From the IMG/VR virus record IMGVR_UViG_3300025635_000048, positions 1 through 41,278 of that record: a DNA stretch of 41,278 nt; one strand, given 5' to 3'. The position numbers and the translations under genes are program-made. This document shows positions 26,879 through 33,417 of the stretch, in pieces (positions within the stretch are counted from its first letter, which is position 1; each line of letters opens with the position of its first letter). This DNA comes from a virus. Taxonomy: Duplodnaviria; Caudoviricetes. Under the pieces are notes generated by a model. That model worked only from the letters and a program-made list of their open reading frames with translations. It ran no database searches and was not told the origin of the DNA.

Positions 26879-27448
26879 ATGAGATACCGATTGACGAATG
26901 ATGCGCAAGCGGGGCTAGGCGCGAAGGCGTTGAAATGGCTGGAGGAACGGGGGGTTATTGAGCCGGAAGGGGAGGGAGCCAAACCCAAGCCGGCGGCAGT
27001 CTCGGATACCCCCGATCTTGACCGGCTCAATCGGCTCATCGCGGCATGGAACGCGATGGCCAAGGCGACGGGGTTGCCAACCAAAGAGAAGCAGTTATCA
27101 CTGGCAGCGGCCAAGCAGCGGCCCACTATGCGATCCGCGCTAAAGCGGCTTGAGTGTCCGGCATGGCGGGAGTCGGCCCGCACAGCCCTTCCACTGATCC
27201 CACAGTCGGACTTCCTGACAGGCCGTTCGGGCGCGTGGAGATTATCGTTCGAGTCATTCGTTGGTATCGAGATGGCGGACAAGATAGTGGCCGGGAACTA
27301 TGCCAACAAGGGGGCGGCCCAGCGGCCCGATAGCCCCGCCCGTCCGTCTGACCCGAACCATCTTGATCTAACCTCGATGACGCCCGAACAGATCGAGGCA
27401 CATATCGCGGAGATCGATGCGGCCTATCTGTCCCAGCCGGGGTCCTGA
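26879..27448 (+). CDS. Short replication initiator / helicase-loader-like protein
   Basis: WN......LP...SDFL.G...W...F......KI..GNY pattern of phage replication protein C-domains; coupled to dnaB; GGAGGT RBS. Confidence 0.65.
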   Translation: MRYRLTNDAQAGLGAKALKWLEERGVIEPEGEGAKPKPAAVSDTPDLDRLNRLIAAWNAMAKATGLPTKEKQLSLAAAKQRPTMRSALKRLECPAWRESARTALPLIPQSDFLTGRSGAWRLSFESFVGIEMADKIVAGNYANKGAAQRPDSPARPSDPNHLDLTSMTPEQIEAHIAEIDAAYLSQPGS

Positions 27449-28818
27449 TGCCGGGGTCCAAGTCTAGGATAGATGACATTGGGGCCAGGATGACGCTGGA
27501 GCGGTCTGTCTTGGCGTCAGCGATGTTGTCCCAAGCGGCCCTGTCGATTGCGGTACACGCCCTTGGGACGGCTGGCGCATTCAGTGACGATGATAACCGG
27601 GCGATCTGGGAGTCTATCGTCGGATTATATCGGCGCGGGGCGGCGGTGGACTATGTGACGGTCCTTGAGGACGTTCGATCAAGGCGGCTCTTGTCGCCCG
27701 AGAGTCTCCGGGTAATCACCGATTCGGCCCATTCCCTACCATCATCGGCCCATGCGGGGGCCTATTGCGAGCAGTTGCTCACGATTGCACGGCGGGATGT
27801 GTTGCTCGAAGATATCTCGGAATTGACGGCGGCATGTACTGGTGGGGCGTCCGTCGAGTCTATATCCAAACTCGCGGCCCGCGTATCGGTGTCAGCCAAG
27901 GGTCTCCGGGGACAAGCCGTCCCTGTCGCGGTCAATGGGCATGTAGACAGCGTGGTCCAAGCCCTTGTCCATGAATGGGATATGAAGGAAATGAGCGGGG
28001 AAATGACGGGCTTCGCGGGGATCGACTATCAGTTGCGCGGGATGAAACGGGGGGAGTTGTTGATCCTTGCGGCCCGTCCGGGGATCGGTAAGTCCGCGGT
28101 GTTACTCAATATCGCCATGAATGTCGCCCGTGCTGGCCGTCGAGTGCTGCTCTACTCGCTCGAAATGGATGCGCCATCACTCATTCGCCGGATGATCGCG
28201 GGGTTGACCGGCCATGATCTCCGGGTTCCAATGCCAGCGGCCCAGCGGCCCGATAGCCTACACGCGGCGGCCCAGTCGATTAAAGACATGGGAATTTGTC
28301 TCGATTGCACGGCGGGACTTGACCTATCGGCCCTAGAATCGAGTGTCTACCGGTACTCACAACAGTCCGGTCCACCCGCTATAGTGATCGTCGATTACCT
28401 TCAATTGCTCCGGGTTCCTGGGTCCAAAGCCCGGTGGGAAGAAGTGTCCGCCGTGTCTCGGGGGCTCAAGTCCCTCGCAATGGACACGGGTTGCCCGGTG
28501 CTTTCCGCGGCCCAATTGTCCCGTGAGACAGAAAAATCTGGCAAACCCCAGTTGTTCCACCTTCGAGAATCGGGATCAATCGAACAGGACGCGGACGTGG
28601 TGATGCTCTTGCACCGGGAACAAGACCATCCGGACGAATTGGAAGTCAATATAGCGAAAAACCGTCACGGCCCGACCGGCTCGGCGAAACTGATCTTTGA
28701 CCGTCGAACGCAATCCATCCGCGCATTCGGGACGGCGGCCCAGAAACTGTCGCGGCCGGCCCATTCGGCCCATTCGAGCATCGAATTGACCTATGGCGAG
28801 GATGAAGAACCGTTTTAG
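27448..28818 (+). CDS. dnaB: Replicative DNA helicase
   Basis: AARPGIGKS Walker A, SLEM, IVDYLQL, AQLSR, LRESGSIEQDAD, AKNRHGPTG. Confidence 0.96.
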   Translation: MPGSKSRIDDIGARMTLERSVLASAMLSQAALSIAVHALGTAGAFSDDDNRAIWESIVGLYRRGAAVDYVTVLEDVRSRRLLSPESLRVITDSAHSLPSSAHAGAYCEQLLTIARRDVLLEDISELTAACTGGASVESISKLAARVSVSAKGLRGQAVPVAVNGHVDSVVQALVHEWDMKEMSGEMTGFAGIDYQLRGMKRGELLILAARPGIGKSAVLLNIAMNVARAGRRVLLYSLEMDAPSLIRRMIAGLTGHDLRVPMPAAQRPDSLHAAAQSIKDMGICLDCTAGLDLSALESSVYRYSQQSGPPAIVIVDYLQLLRVPGSKARWEEVSAVSRGLKSLAMDTGCPVLSAAQLSRETEKSGKPQLFHLRESGSIEQDADVVMLLHREQDHPDELEVNIAKNRHGPTGSAKLIFDRRTQSIRAFGTAAQKLSRPAHSAHSSIELTYGEDEEPF

Positions 28819-28831
28819 GCGGTATTGAACG

Positions 28832-28886
28832 CTCTAGGATGCCCGTGACTGCGTTTTATCGGGGCGGGTAGTATGTTCCCCTTACC
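28832..28886 (+). repeat. ~55-bp non-coding element, copy 1
   Basis: CTCTAGGATGCCC-N9-TTTTA-N8-GGTAGTATG-N3-CCCTTACC; matches 33263..33316. Confidence 0.8.
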
Positions 28887-28889
28887 GGA

Positions 28890-28928
28890 AACAAAGAAAA
28901 CCCCGGTAGACCGTGAAGTCTACCGGGG
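28890..28928 (-). terminator. Intrinsic terminator ending the early operon
   Basis: CCCCGGTAGAC-N6-GTCTACCGGGG with TTTTCTTTGTTT following on the minus strand. Confidence 0.8.
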
Positions 28929-28957
28929 AGCGGGTCCCTGCTGGGTTATGGGGGGTG

Positions 28958-29209
28958 CTATGGTATCAATCGCCCTGCTTTGAATAAGGCGACTATGTAC
29001 GCTCGCGCGAATGTCGAATCAATACCCATACCCAACGTGTGCTCTGTAGACTTTCCCATGTCGGCGACTATCTGGACTTGGGTGCCGCATTCACCAAACG
29101 CTACCACAACGCGCTCGTTCTCGCGCAATAATCCCCTTGCGTAATCATAGGCTAGAATCTCGCGCTTGTCCATGCTGTCGTATGCCGTGCTAATCAACCC
29201 GTTTCGCAT
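28958..29209 (-). CDS. Hypothetical early protein
   Basis: GAGGA RBS before ATG 29209. Confidence 0.6.
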   Translation of the reverse strand: MRNGLISTAYDSMDKREILAYDYARGLLRENERVVVAFGECGTQVQIVADMGKSTEHTLGMGIDSTFARAYIVALFKAGRLIP

Positions 29210-29228
29210 GTCATTATCCTCGTTGCGT

Positions 29229-29259
29229 AAAAAAATGGCCCCGGCGCAATGCCGGGTCA
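29229..29259 (-). terminator. Intrinsic terminator (repeat copy 1)
   Basis: CCCGGCATTGCGCCGGGG plus T7 on the minus strand; 20-nt core identical to 29483-29502. Confidence 0.75.
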
Positions 29260-29451
29260 TTCGGCGATTTCTGCGTCGTAACGCTTCGCTTCTGCGGCAT
29301 CCTCGATAGCTTGCCATAGAGTCTCCCGCCCCACTATGCTGACTATCTTGTGGAATTTTTCGGGCCACACCGCCATGCGCCAAGCGTAGAACTTCCCATC
29401 CTCGCGCCGACCGGCATCAAACCCGGCGGGGATATAGTAAGATCGTCTCAT
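29257..29451 (-). CDS. Hypothetical early protein
   Basis: AAGGGAG RBS; bounded by the repeated terminators. Confidence 0.65.
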   Translation of the reverse strand: MRRSYYIPAGFDAGRREDGKFYAWRMAVWPEKFHKIVSIVGRETLWQAIEDAAEAKRYDAEIAE

Positions 29452-29472
29452 GTCATTCTCCCTTTGTTGTGC

Positions 29473-29505
29473 AAAAAAAACCGGCCCCGGCGCAATGCCG
29501 GGGCC
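29473..29505 (-). terminator. Intrinsic terminator (repeat copy 2) after dnaN
   Basis: GGCCCCGGCATTGCGCCGGGGCC-GG-T8 on the minus strand. Confidence 0.8.
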
Positions 29506-29519
29506 GTATCGGGTGCGGG

Positions 29520-30683
29520 TCAGATACGGATCGGCATGATGACTGCCTTTGCGGACAAAGGCGATCCGTCAATCGGTGTTATCAGTCCAGGCGAATTGCA
29601 ATCCTTGATCGTGAATTCGATGGTATCGCCCGGCATGGCGTCAAGAGCATCAATCACGAAGTCGGGATTGAAGGCAACGTCAAACGGCGCGTAATCGCCC
29701 ATTGCCTGACCCGCAAGTCCGGCGGCTGGGACAAGCGTACCGCGTACCATTGTCGCCGGCACAGACTCCCTGAATTCGCCCGACTCCGGCACAATCGCGA
29801 CAAGGTGAACGGCGCCGGCCCCGTCGAAGTGGAAGCGAACCCAGTTCCACTTGACGGTGCAAACCTTGGTTGCACGGGTCAAGGCGTCGCGCAATTGGGC
29901 TTTGTCCAAGGTGAACGTGAACGGATGCTTTTTCGGTACCACCATTTCGTAATTCGGAAACGTCCCGTCGATCATGGCCGCGTGGACCGAAACTTCGGAA
30001 TTGAAAAACTTGCAATGGTTGGTATCGAAGGCGAATTCGATATCGCCCGCCCTCATGGTTCGTGCCACTTGCGCCAAGGCGTCGCCGGGGATGATACCCC
30101 TGAATTCGGTGAACCCCTTGATTGCGAACAATCCCGACAAGTGCATCCGTCGCCCGTCTGTCGCGATCAGTCGGGCGATGTTCCCGGCCACTTCCATCAA
30201 TGCGCCCGTGAGATTGTATCGGGCTTGATCGACCGAGATAGCATCAATCACTTGCGAAAGAGCCGCCCGAAAGTCATCCCCCGGAATTGTGAAGGGTGCT
30301 TTATATTCAGACTTGATCGGCGGGAATTCATCCGGCGAACAGCCAAACATGGTTTCCGTGACCCCATTGTACCTTGCCCGGATCGTGTCGCCGTGTTCGC
30401 CACGGTCGATATCGAATTCGACCGGCGAATTTTTTGCTGCCTTCGCAATGGCCTGGAGCCGCTTGGGATCGGCAGTGAAGGAAAAATCAGGACCTTCGTG
30501 ACTGAAGCCAGAAGTGGCGACAGAGCGGATCGAGGTCTTAAGGTCGGTTCCGCTCACTTCCAGCGAACCGTTCACGCCGATTAGGACATGGCGCATGATC
30601 GGCAGGGCCGAATTAGAGCGAACTACCGCCTTTGTTGCGTTTACTGCCTGAAGCAAGGTTTTTCCGTTGATCGTGCAATTCAT
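29520..30683 (-). CDS. dnaN: DNA polymerase III beta sliding clamp homolog
   Basis: LPI..HVLI, GTDL, D.FP, D..RYNLTG, ATDG.R, IDGTFPNYE.V.P, FNP.F..DAL, C-terminal VIMPIRI. Confidence 0.93.
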   Translation of the reverse strand: MNCTINGKTLLQAVNATKAVVRSNSALPIMRHVLIGVNGSLEVSGTDLKTSIRSVATSGFSHEGPDFSFTADPKRLQAIAKAAKNSPVEFDIDRGEHGDTIRARYNGVTETMFGCSPDEFPPIKSEYKAPFTIPGDDFRAALSQVIDAISVDQARYNLTGALMEVAGNIARLIATDGRRMHLSGLFAIKGFTEFRGIIPGDALAQVARTMRAGDIEFAFDTNHCKFFNSEVSVHAAMIDGTFPNYEMVVPKKHPFTFTLDKAQLRDALTRATKVCTVKWNWVRFHFDGAGAVHLVAIVPESGEFRESVPATMVRGTLVPAAGLAGQAMGDYAPFDVAFNPDFVIDALDAMPGDTIEFTIKDCNSPGLITPIDGSPLSAKAVIMPIRI

Positions 30684-30762
30684 TGTGTATTCCCTTCGTG
30701 TTTGGGCTTAGACCAATTCTAAGACCCGATCCCGGCCCTCTTGCGAAGGCTGGGGGCGGGGG
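30684..30762 (-). repeat. Two-hairpin intergenic leader upstream of dnaN (copy 1)
   Basis: CCTTC-GCAA-GAGG hairpin plus GGGTCTTAGA-ATTGG-TCTAAGCCC hairpin, then RBS; homologous to 31162..31239. Confidence 0.8.
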
Positions 30763-31161
30763 TTAGATTGATTCGGCTTCGGTTTTGATTAGAGCCGCTA
30801 CGCAATCAAGCAGGACGGATCGGGCGATATTTAGCGCCCCAACCGCTACTTGTGTTTTGTGTTCGTTTTCCCGTAGTGAGACATATAGATAGTTTATTTT
30901 GTTCTCTATTTCGGCGATCTGTTCGGATTTTTTCTCGTATGCGATCTCTTTTGTCCCGTACTCCTCATCTTCAATTTCCTGCCCGTTACCGTCTGTCCAA
31001 TCCATGTCAAGATCGCGCCCAAGCGATCTGACCGCATCCTTTAGCCCACTAATTTCAGCGTATATCGCGACCTGTTCAGCCTTCTGGGCCTCACGAGCTC
31101 TCACACAATCCGACCATGTTTTAGCGGCCACTATTACATTTACAGCATATTCGTTTTCCAT
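30763..31161 (-). CDS. Hypothetical acidic coiled-coil early protein
   Basis: AAGGAG RBS; AT-richer than the genome average; flanked by the two leader repeats. Confidence 0.7.
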   Translation of the reverse strand: MENEYAVNVIVAAKTWSDCVRAREAQKAEQVAIYAEISGLKDAVRSLGRDLDMDWTDGNGQEIEDEEYGTKEIAYEKKSEQIAEIENKINYLYVSLRENEHKTQVAVGALNIARSVLLDCVAALIKTEAESI

Positions 31162-31239
31162 TTCATTCTCCTTTGTGTTAGGCTTTAGACCTATTCTAAG
31201 ACCCGGTGACCCCCCTCTTGCGAAGGGGGTCGACGGGGA
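31162..31239 (-). repeat. Two-hairpin intergenic leader (copy 2)
   Basis: GACCCCCTTC-GCAA-GAGGGGGGTC plus GGGTCTTAGA-ATAGG-TCTAAAGCC, then AAGGAG RBS. Confidence 0.8.
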
Positions 31240-31611
31240 TTAGAGCGCGATCCCATGCGGGTATTCTTCGCCTGGGCGAAGGATATACAGGGCGCAACCA
31301 CGCGGATCGCCCTGGACATAGGACCGGAGTTCTGGGTATTCGGACATGATCCGGCCCAATCGTTTGAGCGCGCCTGTCTCACGGTCCGGGTACGGGCGCT
31401 TTGTTTCGGTCCAAGCCCCGTTGACCCGGTACGCTTGGCGGAGCGTGACCTTGCCGGTCGATTCGTCGCGTTCGATTAACCCGTGCTCCGTCCCGCATTC
31501 GAGCTCATGCCATCGGTGCAAGGTCTTGGCGATGCGGTACAATTGAGCGGCGTGGAATGGGGATATTCCAGCGGCCCCAAGGTCCACTAAGGCGCGGTCC
31601 CTGTTATTCAT
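31240..31611 (-). CDS. Conserved-looking phage hypothetical protein (QGDPRGCALY motif)
   Basis: TLHRW.ELECG...D.E.GA..RL...Y.QGDPRGCALY pattern. Confidence 0.75.
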   Translation of the reverse strand: MNNRDRALVDLGAAGISPFHAAQLYRIAKTLHRWHELECGTEHGLIERDESTGKVTLRQAYRVNGAWTETKRPYPDRETGALKRLGRIMSEYPELRSYVQGDPRGCALYILRPGEEYPHGIAL

Positions 31612-31783
31612 AATCGTTTCCCGTCAAAGACTTTAGCGCAAGGGCTAAGTTCCGGTTGATATCTCCGGGCTCACGTTCAGCGATTCGCCAAGCATGATTG
31701 AACGTTTCGCGGTGTGTCCACGTTTTTTTTCCGTTGGACTTTTGCATGATCACTACACACGGACCAAGTTTAAGTATTTTCAT
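31604..31783 (-). CDS. 59-aa hypothetical protein (MKILKLGPCVV...GNDYE)
   Basis: Translated by hand. Its ATG overlaps the upstream TGA and its TAA overlaps the next start; below the ORF-track cutoff. Confidence 0.55.
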   Translation of the reverse strand: MKILKLGPCVVIMQKSNGKKTWTHRETFNHAWRIAEREPGDINRNLALALKSLTGNDYE

Positions 31784-32034
31784 GGTTGCACACTTTCCGG
31801 CCCAATCGGGTCAGTTTGGGAAAAGTCAAAGACGGCGCATGAGCGAAAACTCTTGGTTTTTTCGGGATTATCCTTCGTCCCACCGTAGCAAGGGACCAGG
31901 ATGAACCCGCAAGCCTTTTCACCCTTGCGGACGATTCGGCCGGCTCGTTTCCATTGCTGGAACCCGCGGGGATCGGTCCCTCCCGCCGTTGCGCGATTCT
32001 TGGCGGACCAACCGGCGCTTGGCGGGGGAGTCAT
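31780..32034 (-). CDS. Short ArdC-like ssDNA-binding (antirestriction) domain protein
   Basis: GFQQWK..GR.VRKGEKA...I.VP.......F....VFD.SQTDP motif of the ArdC N-terminal domain. Confidence 0.75.
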   Translation of the reverse strand: MTPPPSAGWSAKNRATAGGTDPRGFQQWKRAGRIVRKGEKACGFILVPCYGGTKDNPEKTKSFRSCAVFDFSQTDPIGPESVQP

Positions 32035-32309
32035 GACTGCACCGTGTCATTATTGATATTGACGGCCACACCGCCGGATCGCGATATAACTATCGTATCT
32101 CCGTCGGCGTTGCACTCGTCCAGGACAAGATCGTCGCCACGCCAATCGCCCCATTCGGTGTTGCCACCGTAGCATACTCCGCCACGATCACCGATCTGGC
32201 ACATATCGTATCGTACTCCGGACGCGGTTAGTCCCGCCCAATGTTTGCCGCCGTGTTGCGCGAGTTCGGCGCGCATGTCGATCGCGCCACAGTCTGTGTA
32301 TTGGTCCAT
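32031..32309 (-). CDS. Hypothetical protein, first gene of the early operon
   Basis: GGAAGGG RBS before ATG 32309; ATGA-coupled downstream. Confidence 0.6.
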   Translation of the reverse strand: MDQYTDCGAIDMRAELAQHGGKHWAGLTASGVRYDMCQIGDRGGVCYGGNTEWGDWRGDDLVLDECNADGDTIVISRSGGVAVNINNDTVQS

Positions 32310-32413
32310 GATTATATTCCCTTCCATTTTCCCCGCCGGCCCATCCGGCGGGTTGATAGACTCTATAGAGCACATGTCATGCCAAGACAGGGCGTAATGC
32401 ACAAGCGGCCGGA

Positions 32414-32441
32414 TTGCAACACGTTATGTCAATGTTATAAT
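32414..32441 (+). promoter_or_regulatory. Sigma70-like promoter pointing into the non-coding region
   Basis: TTGCAA-N16-TATAAT with an extended -10 TG; TTGCAACASGTTATG is repeated at 32661. Confidence 0.5.
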
Positions 32442-33098
32442 ATCGGCGCGATCCTGTAAAAGTGACATAAATTGTCACAAATTCCGGAAATATCGCCACA
32501 AGTACCAGAACGCCAAAGGGTTAGGGCATGAGTCCCAAAATTGTCACGAAACGACAATTTACGGCACTACCAACAGGCATAACGATAATTGATTATCAAT
32601 AACGCGATTCCCTACGCCATGAAACACTTATGACTCCGCCAAAAGACACAAAGTTCCGCATTGCAACAGGTTATGGATTATGCTATTCGCGCAAGTACGC
32701 CGGCCGGCCACAATGGATTGATCAGCCAATCCGCGCATGGGACCACAAACGATAGACTTTCGCGATACACCAAAGCCAGAAGTGACCAGGGCACAATGGG
32801 TTATGACTTCGCATTAATCTGGAAGTCTGATTCGGCGGGAGAGTGGGGACTCCCAATTCTTGGTATCAACCGCCAATGTTCCACGGCGTTCCACGACATG
32901 TCTCAAAGTGTCTCACGCTCAATTGTCATTTTGGCAAAGAGGGGGGGGCGGCAGGGCGGCGATACCCCCGGCCACCCCGGCGAGACCTGCCCTACCTCGG
33001 GTGTTCCCCCCTTCTCCGGATACACCCCAAATTTTGGCCTGTGAATCGCTTGGCGTGGGGGATCATTGGCCTTAAACCTGGTTGATCAATGATATACC

Positions 33099-33224
33099 GG
33101 GGGTTAATTTTCTTTGAAGGGGTGGGGTTAATTCTTTCTTTCTTTCTTTTTTCTTTGGTGCTACCTTTCTTTTTTCTTTCTTTCTTTCTTATAGGGGCGG
33201 GGAAACTTTCTTTTATCAGGGGGG
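33099..33224. repeat. Extended mirror repeat with homopyrimidine core (H-DNA candidate)
   Basis: 33132-33156 read backwards equals 33166-33190 (25/25); flanking G-tracts and TTTCTTTT blocks are also mirrored. Confidence 0.85.
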
Positions 33225-33262
33225 TCTCCGCGCGACACAATTATCACTTAGCAGCGCCGGTA

Positions 33263-33316
33263 CTCTAGGATGCCCTATAATCGATTTTAGGTCTCCGGTA
33301 GTATGAATCCCTTACC
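33263..33316 (+). repeat. ~55-bp non-coding element, copy 2
   Basis: CTCTAGGATGCCC-N9-TTTTA-N7-GGTAGTATG-N3-CCCTTACC. Confidence 0.8.
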
Positions 33317-33381
33317 TTGCCCTCTGAAATTCCCTGTACCCCCCTTGAGGGGCCTTTATTCGTGCGCAACGGGCATCGTGG

Positions 33382-33411
33382 TTGACACCGCCACGAGAGT
33401 TGGGGTATGTT
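33382..33411 (+). promoter_or_regulatory. Sigma70-type promoter of the packaging operon
   Basis: TTGACA-N18-TATGTT; the predicted +1 falls on ATG 33418. Confidence 0.55.
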
Positions 33412-33417
33412 TCGGTT

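Noticed and set aside
29469-30584. 371-aa plus-strand ORF
   Set aside because: Antisense shadow of dnaN with no RBS or recognisable motif.
31612-31710. Third copy of the structured leader
   Set aside because: Weak hairpins exist, but the region is fully occupied by a coupled 59-aa ORF and lacks the conserved sequence.
32584-32597. Fur box
   Set aside because: GATAAT-TG-ATTATC has a 2-nt centre rather than the canonical 7-1-7; kept only as a generic palindrome.
32661-33044. 127-aa plus ORF in the control region
   Set aside because: TTG start coincides with a promoter-like motif, there is no RBS, and the composition is not protein-like.
32992-33240. Lys/Glu/Arg-rich minus ORF (KKERKKK...)
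   Set aside because: Translation of the purine strand of the mirror repeat; no RBS, and the symmetry is at DNA level.
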